A stretch of 64,000 nucleotides of DNA, taken from Podarcis tiliguerta. Lineage: Eukaryota. The position numbers and the translations under genes are program-made. The notes below the pieces were generated by a model. It ran no database searches and was not told the origin of the DNA. It saw only the letters and a list, made by a program, of their open reading frames with translations. Positions 49,511-63,425 of this stretch are shown piece by piece. Location of the stretch: NCBI GenBank assembly GCA_965153285.1, contig OZ229111.1; one strand, given 5' to 3'. Position 1 is the first letter of the stretch, and every line of letters begins with the position of its first letter.

Positions 49511-52500
49511 AAATACATGTAATATATTTACAATGTGTTGTAGATACTAACATCTTCATTTTAGTCACAGCTACTGAAATATGCTCTTTGAAATATTATT
49601 TTCCAAACAATAAATGAATGAGATTTGTTCTGCTTAAGAAATAAGAGGGTTGGAAAGAATTGGACATACCTCTCAGAAATAAATGCAGAGTGTGTGTGTG
49701 AAAGCGTGCATAAAATCATGCTGGGTTCATGTGTGTGTGCATGCTCTGTTGAATCAGGAGCTGCATGTTCAAAAGAGTATTGTGGGCATGATGCTGATAC
49801 AGACTGATGAACCCAGTGCTTGCAGCTTCGTGTGCAGATTTTGACACTGGATGGGCAGCTTTGTGTATAGCTTCCAAGCAGGTGAATTGTTCCACCAAAC
49901 TTCACCACTCTGATAATGTCCCATAGTCAGGTGTGTGCTGATGATACACATAAGCTGATACTATGCTTGCATGCACATGTCTCTTAACGGGATCTTTGTC
50001 TTTTGCTTTTTATTAATCCCAGTATCACACCTGCAGCTTGAAATAATCATTCCATCCTTGAACCAGCCATTGGAATAGTTGAGGTGTGCCACACGACTAC
50101 TTTTCAAACTCCCTGAGAGTGTGAACATAATGGTGGTTGACATATAGCTAACATGAACTAAGTAAATTTGGAATAACGAAACCTCTCCATTAAATCTTTC
50201 ATTATCTATGATCCCTCTCAGGTTTAGCGGGGTGTACAATATGGACTTGATTTTAAACTGCAATAGGCCCCATCCTTTGAAAGGGACTGGAAAAAGTTCT
50301 TTTGTTTATGCAATCTTTCTTATTCTCCACCCGCCCCCTTTGGTAAATGGCAATAAACATTCTCTGACTGCAGTCCTATAAAAATGTCATTGTAAATAAG
50401 CACATGTTTTGAGCTCTGTTTCTAGTCATTAACTCATTTGTACACACTGAGTAACACTTAATAAATGATTTTGCAAAAGGGTCTACATAGCTGTGATTTC
50501 TTTAAAGCATTGCACCTTCCACCAAAGGGATTTTGTTTTTCAATTGCACTTTCTTCAGCAATGGGGGCATGTTTTTAAAAGTAGGACACAGTGGCAGGGG
50601 AAGGGGTTGTATGTGACTTGTACTGGCTCTGATGGGAGTTTTGTTGATGAGTTCCTAAATATCACTTTGAAAATGTATCCATGGGTGTCTTATAAACAAA
50701 TTTGTGAGGGGACTGGCTTCCTTTTTTTGTCCACACACATAAAACCGCTTTTGAATTTAATGCAGGGCCAAAGGAGGTTAACAGAAAGACCTTTTAGTCC
50801 CCCACCAAAGCTGAAAATGAGCTATCAAAACAATTAACTCTGCTAATTAGTATTTGATTTGGTAATTATGCAGCTTCATAAATCTCAGGGAGCATTTGGT
50901 CATAGCAGTGCCCTTCCCCATCATGCACAAATAAATACCCAGTGCTTTATAATGGTAATAATTGATTTGGCTTTTAAATAAATAATGTTGTGACAAAGAA
51001 TTTTGGGAATAAGCCAGAACACTAAATCACTATTTCAATTTTGAAAATCATGACAGCTTTAGTACAAACATTACGTCGTAAAGAGGTGCAATAGCATAAT
51101 GCCCCGCATTCTGCCTTACTGCTTCGCTTAGGAAGGTGGTGATGAGAAGCAGTTTATTTGAAAAATGGTTTATTGAAGTAAGCTGGAGAGATAAAAAGAA
51201 AACAGGAAGAGACCGTAAACCTAATATTAATTCCATTACGAGAGATTTCCAAAATGTCTGCCATTATGGGACAGATTATGGCACCTTTCCTAATGCATAC
51301 AAGCCCGTGATCAATGGGAGTTTATACAAAGTGAGGTACTATTTCACAGACCTGAACCAGCTCCTCCTCAGCTGCTTTTCAGATTGATTTCCCCAGTTTT
51401 CTCTGTTATGAAACCATCCCTATATGCTAGAGAGATTCTAAAGGGACTTAAAGCAGCATTACACACACCAGCAACTAGGGATGAGGAAGAAAATGGATTT
51501 ACCTAATTTGCACTCTAATGCAAATCTAACTATTTTACACTCTCAGAAATGATGCATAAACTCAGATGCATCTCTCCTTTCAAAATTCAGACATCTCCAA
51601 ATTTTGCAATACAATTCTCACACAAAAAATGTTTGTATGCATAAAAAAATCTATGTATAAGTCAAAATAACTAAAAATGCATCATACTATACAAAAATAC
51701 TTGCAAAAATCTGTACACAAGGCAAGCTAGCATTTTAAAAAGCGAATGTTAGGAGCAACATGCAGTAATATTTTGATGAATTTTCATGAGAACCATAGAA
51801 TTGTAGGGTTGGAAACGACCACAAAGGCCATTTAGTCCAACCCCATGCCATGCAGAAATGTGATTGAAGTGAACTTGATTGGGAAAATGAGAAATCAAGA
51901 TGAAACAAAACTGAGATATTTGTCAGCCCCTACTATTAGCATTTAATCGCTGGGAGTGGGGAGGAGTTCAGTCCCCGTACTAGGAGACGGGAGAAGCTCA
52001 GAGAACAATGGAAGGGAAGGAGAAGGAAGGTGGGATTTTGGAGTTCTTCATGTTGGGGGAGGGAGGATGAGTCAGACTGAGCAACTACTGTTAACGAGAG
52101 CAGGTGGGAGGGCCGTGCTCTGGGTGTGTTCTTCTTGTAATTAAACTTACATAAAACTGACGGAGAGTCATTGCTGCTTATCAGGCTGCTTGCTTGCCAG
52201 AGATCGTTATACCACCATCCTTGACCTTTGGCCACGCTGGTGGGAGCTGAGAGTTCAACAAAGTCTGGGGAGGCACCAGGTTGGAAGTCTGCCCTATGAG
52301 GATTCCCTCTCTGTGCAGAAAACTGTGTGTGTGCATGGAAGGGAATGAATAGAGCACGCTTTAAAAATAATAATTACACTTCTCTTTTTTAAGTACAGTA
52401 AATCTTTCTGATGTAGAGGTAATGATCACAATCATGACCAGAAAGCCATGGTTGGTCCTATTGTGATTATTCTGGGTAAGAAGAAAATTAGGTGTGAAAA

Positions 52501-52759
52501 GTTCAGTGTTTTGTTTTGTTTTACATTACGTGCTGGTCACCTAACCATAACTAAAGGAACTTTATTTTCACACCTATGAACTAAGCTCAAGGAAACTATG
52601 TAAGCATTTATGGTATTTCTAATTCCTGGAGTTATAATAAATGAAACTTCGCTGTTGAGAGAAGAGCATGAAGACAGGCATATAAATCTCAGTTTATGTA
52701 TAGGATTATCCATGTGTGCCATTCAATGAGGGAATTGTCAAGACTGCTGCACCTTTAAA

Positions 52760-52760
<1 letters not shown>

Positions 52761-52805
<45 letters not shown>
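52761..52805. repeat. (TA)n microsatellite
   Basis: Direct read. Other simple repeats: (AAAC)n ~15459-15490, (TA)n ~33328-33347, poly-A ~46147-46168, CT-rich ~57597-57677, (AAAT)n ~61449-61503. Confidence 0.95.
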
Positions 52806-52813
<8 letters not shown>

Positions 52814-52941
52814 AAAGTAAGAATGTATGCCTGGCTTGTCAGCATGTAAGTAAAGGGTGCCTCAGGGTAACCTTTACTTAACCACTTTGCTTGGTCTCCA
52901 TTGCTAATATAGGGTGCTTTTTTTTGCACTGAAATACAATA

Positions 52942-53162
52942 CAGTGGTACCTCGGGTAACAGATGCTTCAGGTTACAGACTCCACTAACCCAGAAATAGT
53001 ACCTCAGGTTAAGAACTTCAAGATGAGAACAGAAACCATGCTCCGGTGGTGCAGCGGCAGCAGGAGGCCCCATTAGCTAAAGTGGTGCTTCAGGTTAAGA
53101 ACAGTTTCAGGTTAAGAACGGGCCTCCAGAACGAATTAAGTTCCTAACCCGAGGTACCACTG
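52942..53162. mobile_element. Tc1/mariner-type MITE
   Basis: TA|CAGTGGTACCTCGGGT ... ACCCGAGGTACCACTG|TA. Confidence 0.9.
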
Positions 53163-53375
53163 TACAGGTCTACTTTATGAACTGATTTCTTCTTCTTTTG
53201 GATGAAAGAAAACAATTTAGACATAGAGGAAGTATCACCATCTCAACTTCAGATTGAAAAGACCCTAGCAAATATGCATGCTGAAACTTCATCTGGGTTT
53301 TCGCCTGTGTTGCTACACCAAAATGTTATCATCAAGATAAAAATGAGCATATGATATCAATACCGTATATTGAAA

Positions 53376-53829
53376 GGAGTGGCTGCCGAGACCATGTGAC
53401 ATGGGTCCTGAAAGACCTACATTGGCTCCCAATACATTTCTGAGCACAATTCAAAGTGTTGGTGCTGACCTTTAAAGCCCTGAATGGCCTCGCCCCAGTA
53501 TACCTGAAGGAGCATCTCCACCCCCATCGTTCAGCCTGGACACTGAGGTCCAGCGCTGAGGGCCTTCTGGCAGTTCCCTCACTGCGAGAACTGTGGTTAC
53601 AGGGAACCAGGCAGAGGGCCTTCTTGGTAGTGGCACCCACCTGTGGAACGTCCTCCCATCAGATGTCAAGGAAATAAACAACTATCTGACTTTTAGAAGA
53701 CATCTGAAGGAAGCCCTGTTTAGGGAACCTTTTAATGCTTGCTGTTTTATCGTGTTTTTAATATTTTGTTGGGAGCCGCTCAGAGTGGCTGGGGAAACCC
53801 AGCCAGATGGGCGGGATATAAATAACAAG

Positions 53830-53874
<45 letters not shown>
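53376..53874 (+). mobile_element. L2-type LINE 3' end with (TTA)n tail
   Basis: VLKDLHWLP..FKVLVLTFKALNGLAPVYLKEHL..LRSS..RAFLVVAP, then 3'UTR and (TTA)n at 53831-53874. Confidence 0.85.
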
Positions 53875-53876
<2 letters not shown>

Positions 53877-55104
53877 CTAGTAGCTTCCAGTTAATCTAGC
53901 AATTGAACTGGTCTCTGTGGAAAGGAACATGCTGCCAGGGTGGGAGGGGAGGGGAGAACATCTCCTGATCGTCCACCAAGAAGCTTGCCATGCTAGTTTT
54001 ACAGCATGAAGATTAATAAACCTCTCAGCCTAGATGAAGGCACTTAAAACAGATCACCTTCCCTTCCCTGCCAGGTTGGCTCCAGAGTAGCCTCATAGAC
54101 TTCTGCAACTGTCCTGGAAGCATCCAGTAGGTAACAGGGAATTTCCTCTTACACAGAGGAACCTATGTGATCACCTAAAAGACTGCCTCATCCAATATAA
54201 CCACCCTGTGCTCTTCAGGCGCGTTTCTTCCTTCCAGAGATGAGCGAGACCTGTCCTGCCTCCATTGTGTTTTGACTGTGATGCTGGGTGCCCAATCAGA
54301 CTGCAAGTAACACATCAGTCACATAACCACCTGGGTTGTTAGTCGGGGGCATCATGCTCCTCCAAAGCTATTCCAGCCATAAAACTTCATAGAGTTTAGT
54401 GTAAACGTCCCATGCAGATGATCTTTCCTAGCTAGATAAATTCCTATTTGTAATGAACTCTGTTTCTATTTATATCAGCTAAGGGTGTTTATTAGAGACA
54501 CAGAATGGCCACAGATGTTTGGCAATATTCAGTGCTGAATTCACTACGCAGGAAGTTAATAATCAGTTAAAATAGTGTGGTGACCATGCCATATTTACAC
54601 ATTCAGCTGAAAACTCAGTGCCTATATTATGCTAGATTTACCATTATTAGTGATGTAAAAATCAAGTCTGCTGCATGTAAGGAGCTGCTATGCTTTGAAA
54701 GCTTTCCATACCCACAAATTCAACACTATTCCAGGGATGTCAGTGGCCTTGCTTATGCAAAGGCTACTTGTTCGCGCCAAGCTCTTTAGTGGTGCAATAT
54801 GGCAAATGTCCAGGGGGAATGTATTTGCAGCCAAGGCCATCAATGCTAGATTAAAACTTGGGTCTCCCGGGGCAAGAGCCTTGACTATATAAAACAACTA
54901 TGCTCTGTGATTCCCAATGAAGTCTTTGAAAGAGGAAATATTCATTAAATGCAGCCAAACCCAAACATACTACTAGCAGGCACTTTCGAAGTGCATGAAT
55001 CTAATTAGGCAGAACTCCACTTTAGTACACCTGTAAAGGAAATATAATATGTGGACAAACATCTGAATCAGGCATTCAGATAACACAATGAATGAATGTA
55101 AATC

Positions 55105-55385
55105 ATCATTATTATTTATTAAACGTACATACTGCCCTTCATCAAGATATCCCAGGGCGGTTCACAGAATAAAATACAAGTAAATAATTAAACCAAATGC
55201 ACACAAGTAAATAGTTAAGACAACATCAAAACAACCCCTCTTCCCACAGACACATTTAAAAGGCTATAGGATATTCATCAGCCAAAGGCCAGGTTGAAGA
55301 GGAATGTTTTCGACTGGTGCCTAAAAATATATAACAAAGGCACCAGGTGAATCTCCACGGGGACAGGACTCCACAAATGGGGGAG
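55105..55385 (-). mobile_element. L2-type LINE 3' end
   Basis: TTTATTAAA..CCCAGGGCGGTTCACA tail and AAAGGCC..TTTTCGACTGGTGCCTAAA..CCACAAATGGGG, the reverse complement of an L2 3' end. Confidence 0.6.
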
Positions 55386-55773
55386 GGGCAACAGGATTAA
55401 TCCCTTATGTACATTCATTGAACATCTGAATGGAAACCCTGTGCCTACTGTATGCTCAGCACATGATCAAGATCCTGATCGTATAGACAGAGCTCTCTGC
55501 GTCATAATCTTGGACTCCCTTCGGGTGTTCAGTGAACATGTGCAGGTAGAAGGGTTGAGCCTGCTATCCTGCACTTCCCTACGGTCAACAATTGTACAAT
55601 CAGAACAGAGCTAAGGTTGTGGGACGTTGGCATCCTGCAGTTTCTTTCCTTTTTAGATTTCCTGAGGAAATTTGTATTGCATGCCCGCACTCCCCACGAG
55701 GAAACTGGCCTTGCACCAGGTTAGGCTATTTGGCTACCTGGTCCAGAATTATTAGACTGCTAGCAGTTCTTCG

Positions 55774-56130
55774 AAGGGACGCGGGTGGCGCTGTGGGTAA
55801 AACCTCAGCGCCTAGGACTTGCCGATCATATGGTCGGTGGTTCGAATCCCCGCGGCGGGGTGCGCTCCCGTCGTTCGGTCCCAGCGCCTGCCAACCTAGC
55901 AGTTCGAAAGCACCTCCAGGTGCAAGTAGATAAATAGGGACCGCTTACCAGCGGGAAGGTAAACGCGTTCCGTGTGCTGCGCTGGCTTGCCAGATGCAGC
56001 TTGTCATGCTGGCCACGTGACCCGGAAGTGTCTGCGGACAGCGCTGGCTCCCGGCCTTTAGAGTGAGATGAGCGCACAACCCTAGAGTCTGGCAAGACTG
56101 GCCCGTGCGGGCAGGGGTACCTTTACCTTT
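55774..56130 (+). mobile_element. Sauria SINE, distinct young subfamily
   Basis: CpG-rich, with diagnostic AAAACCTCAGCG and GGCCCGTGCGGGCAGGGGTA. Perfect 13-bp TSD TAGCAGTTCTTCG. Confidence 0.92.
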
Positions 56131-57605
56131 TAGCAGTTCTTCGTGGTCTCACTCAGGCCAAAGTCTTTCATTCCTGCTGTTGGATCTTTCCACCGGAGGT
56201 GGCAAGACTGAACCTGGGACCTTCTGCATGGAAGGCCAGGATTTATCACTCAGCTCTAGCCTTTGCTCAAGTTGACATACCCAAATGTAGGGGGGGGGGG
56301 CTAATTTCTTGGTCTGTTAACTGTCTGCCTCAGGGGTAGGGAAGCTGTGGCCTTCCCAGGCATTCTTGGACTATGGCACACATCTTCCATGCCATAGATC
56401 ATGGGGCCTCAAACTGAAGGGAGCTGAAGGCCAGCCATCTCTGGAGGGTCACTGCTTCCCCACCCCTGATTTATATGGTTCAACCCTAAGGATGTTTAGG
56501 CTGGTCTAGAAGTTTAGGAGAATGCATGGCACAGCCTTTCTGTGACATTACTATCCGAATATGTGGAGTGCCAAGAGTAAGAGAAAATAATTCACACTTT
56601 GTCTAGCTCCCTGATCATTAAGTACACTTAGACGTGACTGAAGAGGGTAGAAGAATATAGGATTGAATTCCCTCAGGGCAAACATTTCTGCTGCCAGATG
56701 GAATGGTGTCCCCTCTCCCAGGCACTGATATTTTTCCAGCAGATTTGGGGAGGGCATGAGAAGGTACAGGGGAAAAGCAGGGAGGAAAGTCCACTAGCAC
56801 AACAACTTACTGGAATCTGTCCCATAGGCTTTTAAACAATTTTAAATGGTATAGAAATTGTGTGTGTATTTCTTGAGCAAGGTCATTGTGACCTATTTTC
56901 AGGAAGAAATGTATTTTTACACTCTCTCTTAAGCTTCTCTATTTAGTGAAGCTGGGCAGAAAGTCAAACATCTGCCTTTGGGTGGGGAGAGGGGGTTATA
57001 GTGCTGTAATTTCTCATGCCCTGCTGCTACTAGCTGCTATGAAAAGATCAAGGAATCATAGAATCATAGAGTTGGAAGAGACCACAAGGGCCATCGAGTC
57101 CAACCCCCTGCCAAGCAGGGAGCCTGTATTCTGAAGATGCCCTCCATACGAAACATTAATCAAGGTGGGTGGGTGAAGGAAAACAGCAAGCATTTGGACT
57201 CACCAATCATTTGACACCGCTGGCAATAAACAGCCCAGGCTACAGCTTTGGCTTCTGTAAATGGGTTCTTGTAAGGTTCTACACATTCTGGCTTACCACA
57301 GTCACCCTATCATTCTGTGTTAATGGTAATTGCATGCATGAACCATTTTAATGGATCTGAAAGAATTTTAATAGGGGGTTACTATTAAAATACTGTGGTG
57401 CAATACTTAACGTTATGTTTTAATAGCCTTCCAAAATAAAACCATGCTGTATCAACACTGTCTCATGGGACAACATGGGAAACAAGGAACGTAAGATAAT
57501 CCAAGTGGCTGTAAAGATTCTAAAGGGAAACAAGATCCATATTTTAACGCAGCAACTTCAATTATACTATAAAACCTGCTATAGTAAAAGACAAGCTCTT
57601 TTCTT

Positions 57606-57637
<32 letters not shown>

Positions 57638-57825
57638 CTTTTATTTCTTCTTTTTCTTTCTTTTCTTTTTTTTTTTTGCAACTGATGGCTTTTTTCAAGA
57701 TTACTTTTTATTTTTGTGTGAAAAGCTAACTTTCAAAATGCCTATGGCATGCTTCCCACCCTTACAATTCTGGAATAATCAATGCAGCCTGTGGTGAAGT
57801 AAGTTGTCCTAGTGCAGAAAACATA

Positions 57826-58186
57826 AGGTATAGGTAAAGGGACCCCTGACCGTTAGGTCCAGTCGTGACCGACTCTGGGGTTGTGGCGCTCATCTCGCTT
57901 TATTGGCCGAGGGAGCTGGTGTACAGCTTCTGGGTCATGTGGCCACCATGACTAAGCCGCTTCTGGTGAACCAGAGCAGTGCATGGAAACGCCGTTTACC
58001 TTCCTGCCAGAGCGGTACCTACCGTATTTATCTACTTGCACTTTGACGTGCTTTCGAACTGCTAGGTTGGCAGGAGCTTGGACCGAGCAATGGGAGCTCA
58101 CCCCATCGTGGGGATTTGAACTGCCGACCTTCTGATCAGCAAGTCCTAGGCTCTGTGGTTTAACCCACAGCACCACCGGGCATCCA
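57826..58186 (-). mobile_element. Sauria SINE
   Basis: Reverse complement of the consensus seen elsewhere in the window. Perfect 12-bp TSD GCAGAAAACATA. Confidence 0.92.
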
Positions 58187-58582
58187 GCAGAAAACATAGA
58201 AGTGGGTTATAATCAACTTGTTCCACTATTTTCAATGGTATTGGGCCTTTGGGTACAAACAATGGTTTGGTCCGAAGGACATATTGTTGAGGTACCTGCA
58301 AAACAACTAGGAAGTGGATTGTGGGAGATTGGGAGAGGAATATGCACAAAGCCACCTTTGCCCCAGTTTCATTCATAAAACCCTCTGCTGAATCCAAGCT
58401 CCTTTACTTTTCTACCAGATTTTGACAGCAGCCTCAGATCGCCGTTTACTACACATTATTCCCTGATCATTTGACTAAGCAACTGATCAGGTATATTATA
58501 CATTCCATCAGTTAATAATGTGGAAAGAGTTTGGAAAACTTGGAGAGCTAAAGCTCAACAGACGTAAAACAGATCTCTGATA

Positions 58583-58675
58583 CAGTGGTACCTTGGTTCT
58601 TGAACTTAATCCATTTCATGAGTCTGTTCGACTCCCGAAACTGTTCGAAAACCAAGGCGTGACTCCTGATTGGCT
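58583..58675. mobile_element. Truncated Tc1/mariner-type MITE
   Basis: TA|CAGTGGTACCTTGG left end only. Confidence 0.6.
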
Positions 58676-58684
58676 CAGGGAAAT

Positions 58685-59186
58685 TGTCAGGCTTCAGGGA
58701 ATCTGATCCCTCCCCCAGTGGGGAGCCAAGGAGTAGATAACAAGAAGAATTCTTACCAAGTCCTTTATTCAATATTCACAGAGAGAGGCTGTGAAAAGTG
58801 CCTCTACACTGCAGCAATGGCATAGTTCCGAGTAATCTCCTTCCCCCTTTTGCTCTCAGTCGTCAGCAGCTCCACCCCCATATGGTGGCTGCGTAAGGCC
58901 CTTTGTCTGTTTGCTTTCTGCTCTCCCACTTTCACAGCCCTCCTGGTTCTAGGAGAAGGGGGGGTCGGGAATGCTGTCTAATGATAACATGTCAGCCAGC
59001 TGTTCTGGCTCTGCTACTTCCCCCTCCTCCCCTGCCATTATCTCCCAGCTCTGTCCTTCTTCTGTCTCAGAGTCATGACCTTCTGCAAACCACCGTTGTA
59101 AATCTATACTGTCCCCCTCTTCTGGGGAAGGTTCAGGAGGAGTGGGGGGCGGCCTCCACCATTCCTCTTCAGTTCAGTCCCTGACA
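58685..59186 (-). mobile_element. Solo LTR (502 bp)
   Basis: Inverted termini TGTCAGG...CCTGACA, TTTATT near 58764, 5-bp TSD GAAAT/GCAAT. Confidence 0.75.
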
Positions 59187-59578
59187 GCAATATTGTAACA
59201 TAACCCAATGACAAAAATAGCAACATAACCTCCCATATCCTCCAACATTCCTAAGATGAAGATAGGGACATTTCTCACTCCCACCCCCAGTTGACCCCTC
59301 GTTTTTGTCCTTCCCCCTTCTCGCAGAGCATTTCCACCACCACTACTCCAATGGGACACAGTACACAAAGCCTCCACTGCCCTGAGAAAACCCCTGAATC
59401 CTGATTTGATTTTATTCTTTGGTAGATTTACAAAAAGGAAATCAGTTTTAGAAAGGGGCAAGATTAGACATGGATGCACAAAACATTTTTTTTAAAAAAA
59501 ACAAGACTCCTTGTTCTCTTCTCTTCTCCCCCTTTCTTCCCATCCAGGGCAACCCTGCCCTCTGCCTGCACCTCAGGG

Positions 59579-59701
59579 TAAGGTTACCAAACGTCCCCGT
59601 TTCCCGGGGACAGTCCCCGGATTTACAAATCAGTCCCCATACAAAATCCATTGAAGTTGAAAAGTGTCCCCGGATTCATTGAAAAAAATCTGGTAACCTT
59701 A
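59579..59701. mobile_element. hAT-type MITE (123 bp) nested in an older element (~59232-60026)
   Basis: TIRs TAAGGTTACCA/TGGTAACCTTA, perfect 8-bp TSD CCTCAGGG, internal GTCCCC repeats. Confidence 0.88.
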
Positions 59702-61447
59702 CCTCAGGGCCAGTGTGTCACACGAGGCTGAGGCTTGTTGGTGGTAGCCTCTCCTCTTCACCTGCTCCCCAGCAGCCACTATGAGCTGTCCAAGGGAGGA
59801 AGGAAGCAATGGCAGTCATGGAGAAGCCATAGAGAGGCAATAGGTTGCTTCCATTCTGCCACCACTGCTGCCACTCAGAACAAGCACCGGCTCTCCCTCC
59901 TCCCCTAGCTTAGTGACAGCAGCACTGGTGGGGGAAACAGGGACATTCCAAAATAAAATCAGAAGGCGGGATGGCTTTTGTAATTCTGGGACTGTCCATG
60001 AAAAATAGCGACACTTGGCGTGTATGACCTCCTCATATTCATTTCTTTTATATTAATTGATTAATTCAGCCTGTGTTGCTAAACTAGCTGCGAAGCCGTT
60101 CCTAAAGGTTTTTCAACTGTTGTTTCACCTGACCAGATTAATACATTTTCCACTCACTGGTGTGAAATAACTCTATGACATAAGGTCAACGAGAAATCCC
60201 AAGTTGAGCATAAAGTTAAATATAAAATATTTGGAAGTTTGTTACACTAAAGTATGAAAACACATAATTCCATCAAGTGGTAAGGAATGGCTGTCAGAAA
60301 AAGGGAAACCCAACATGCATAGTGCAAATGAAACGGCCGGTCTGCTTTTTTCAAGCTTGAAACATTACAGTAATCCTTTTAAGGACTTAAAAAAAGAAGA
60401 AGGAGTAGATTAGGCTGAACTAACTGGTGGTGTTTATCGTTGCTTTGCTTTGGGGTTTCAGGAAATCGTCTGGCAAAGCTGACATTTTACAAATGGGTTT
60501 CAAGTTAATCAACATCTATTTATGAGAAAGTTCTAAACCATTATTAATTCACTACAAATATGGCTCATTTTCTGTAGAACTCACCCTTAGTGTCTAGCAT
60601 CTGCTGAATTGTTGTAATCACATTCTTATAAAGCACCGTCATACTTCTTGGGATAAGAGAATTGTTAAGTACATTAGCAACATTTTAAATTCCACTCATG
60701 TAATGCTAGAATTTCCTGCTGCTCTCTGTGAAAGAAGACTAGGGAAAAGGCAGGTCCATATGTTTGTGACTTGAAAGCCAGTTCAGCAATGCCTGACTCT
60801 TAAAAATGTGGTACGGTCTGTGGACATTTTGTTTTAATCTACGACCCTGACTGTAAATATTAAAATAAAAAATAAACACTAACACTCGCTTTCCCAAAGT
60901 ACTTGAAAGTGCTTGATCTTCTAGCATGCATGCAGATGACATTCAAGCATAAACACAAAAGTTTCATTAAATTCAGGGTTGCGATACACAGGAACTGAAG
61001 TGTTGTTTTAGGAAAGGCTAATCAAATATAAGTGTGTTCGCTCACACACGCACACCCATTTTAATTTGTGATACCCTGAAAAAACAAGCCTTAGGTTTTC
61101 AAATTACTCGATTTTATTGGAGCAATCTGCTGGTCCTTCGTTACAGAAGCAGAAACATGGAAACTTGCTATCCGTGATTATTCCTTTCAGCCTCTTCTTA
61201 TAGATCCTGAGGCTGCAATCCTGCACCCACTTACCAAGTAGTAAGCCCCATTGAACTCAGTGGGACTAACTCAGACATGTAAAGCAGTGCCTAAGATAGC
61301 TAATATAAACAAGGCAGAACCATAATCATCATAAAACAAATAAAATGATCAAAAAGGTTCAGAAGATGAAATATGGAGCAATCATAAATCCCTGGAATGA
61401 ATTGATTTTCCATGCCTGCAAAGGGACTTTGCCTGAATAATGTGGGT

Positions 61448-61487
<40 letters not shown>

Positions 61488-63158
61488 ATGATAAATAAAT
61501 AAAGCTCTCAGAATTTCCACATACGGATTGCGGCATCATTAAAAAATAAATTTGAAAATATCTGACATGTCACAATTTCTTAGGCAGCAAATTTTGATGC
61601 TGTTGCTGTTTTTAAAAGCAGCCAAATTCTGCCAAGAGATATTGTGCTACTTCAGTGTCACTTCTGTGGAGTAGTTTAGAATGAAGAACTGGCCACTTTG
61701 TCCACATCATAAGGAAACAGCCAATCGGTTTTGTGAACTGCAGCACACAAATTGCTTGGAGTGGGGAACTAGCCAATAAGTGGAATGATTGAAAGTGACA
61801 GCCTCTGCCTAATAGCCTTAATGTGTGCATTGGGTCTCAGAATGACTGAAGAGCCTATTTATGTAGAAATGGTCCCCCCCCCCCCAAAAATACATTTAAG
61901 CAAAAGAAATGTCTGCTGTTTCTTCCATAAATGTACCAAAATATTCTCCTACAGATTAAATAATGAGGCACGATATGAAAAATGTCAGAAATCTAAATAT
62001 ATGTTTTATGTAGTAATAACGTGAACCTCTCTTTGACTCCAGCATAGTACATTGCCATGCACTATGAAGGACATCAAGCCTTGCTTTTCTCAGTTCAGTA
62101 ACAACAACAAAAGCACTATTAAGTACAGAGTTAAGGAACAAAGATTGGCCAACCATTGTACTGAGCGAATGAGAGTTTCTTAACCTGTGATGTTGATGCA
62201 TTGAATAGGCTTCTGTCCTTAGAAGGGGGGGACCGGACAGAGAGAATCCTGCAGATGCACAACTGAAATGCTGTCATTGTGGTCTCTTAAGCACGCATAC
62301 AAAAAGCCATAGATGTTCCTATGTGTTCTCTCAATCAGTTATGAAGGTATTTTTTTAATATATATTTTGTGTTTTTTTAAGCTCAGAAATGTGTCTGTTT
62401 TCAGATAGTGTGACAAAGAAAGGGCTAGAAAGGAAAGTAGTACAGTTTGTACCATTTCAGTTGCAGAAAGAACAATTGGTGATTATGCGACGGAGGAGCA
62501 TTACTGACAGGCTGGTGGTGGTGGCACATTCTTGAAATGTTTACAGGGCGCAACATTAACGACAGCAATACTAAGAGCATATCGCTCTTTGAAATTTGAT
62601 AAGGTTTGTCTGATGTTTGCAATGAGACTAGTTGATTGCTCAAAAGTGATCTCTTACCCTGCATGATATTTTTCCTAATATTACTGGCTAATATTCAAGA
62701 CCAGTCCGGGTAGTGGTGGTGTGGGGGTTAAGGAGAGCCATTTGACCTTGTGCCTCAAAGGGTCCTCAGATTTAGACTGTTATTAATTTTATGAATTTGG
62801 AGTAAAATGGTAAGACACCCTGTCAGCTTAGAGCTGTAAGTTCAAGCCAAGTAAGAGTTGTGATTTGTGAGGGGTTTTTTGTTAACTCGTATAGTGTTTT
62901 TCATGCTTATCATCAATAATGGCACTGTATGAAAGTTCTTTCCTAGTGCGTTTGCACAGAAAACAGCTAGAAAAGCCACTTTTAATTATTATTTTTTAAA
63001 ATGACTTATGTTCCACTCTTCTCCTCCTGCTCTGCTTTATTTTGCTTTTATGTGTCATGGCTGCATTTATTACAACTGAAGCTTCAAAAGCCAGAACTGG
63101 CCTGGGCATCTCTAGCTCTTTATGTCCATGTCAGGTTTTGAATCTGGCCTCTTATATA

Positions 63159-63425
63159 GAAGAAGAAGAAGAAGAAGAAGAAGGAGAAGAGTTTGGATTT
63201 GATATCCCGCCTTTCATTCCCTTTAAGGAGTCTCAAAGCGGCTAACATTCTCCTTTCCCTTCCTCCCCCACAACAAACACTCTGTGGGGTGAGTGGGGCT
63301 GAGAGACTTCAAAGAAGTGTGACTGGCCCAAGGTCACCCAGCAGTTGCATGTGGAGGAGCGGAAACGCGAACCCGGTTCCCCAGATTAGGAGTCTACCGC
63401 TCTTAACCACTACACCACACTGGCT
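63159..63425 (-). mobile_element. tRNA-derived SINE (Squam2-like) with (CTT)n tail
   Basis: Reverse complement starts AGCCAGTGTGGTGTAGTGGTTAAGAGCGG..GGGTTCGCG (A/B boxes). (GAA)n at 63159-63183 on plus. Confidence 0.8.

Noticed and set aside
55761-55773. TSD resembling the SINE's internal CTAGCAGTTC motif (homology-guided insertion)
   Set aside because: Single case with a short match. The other SINE TSDs show no such similarity.
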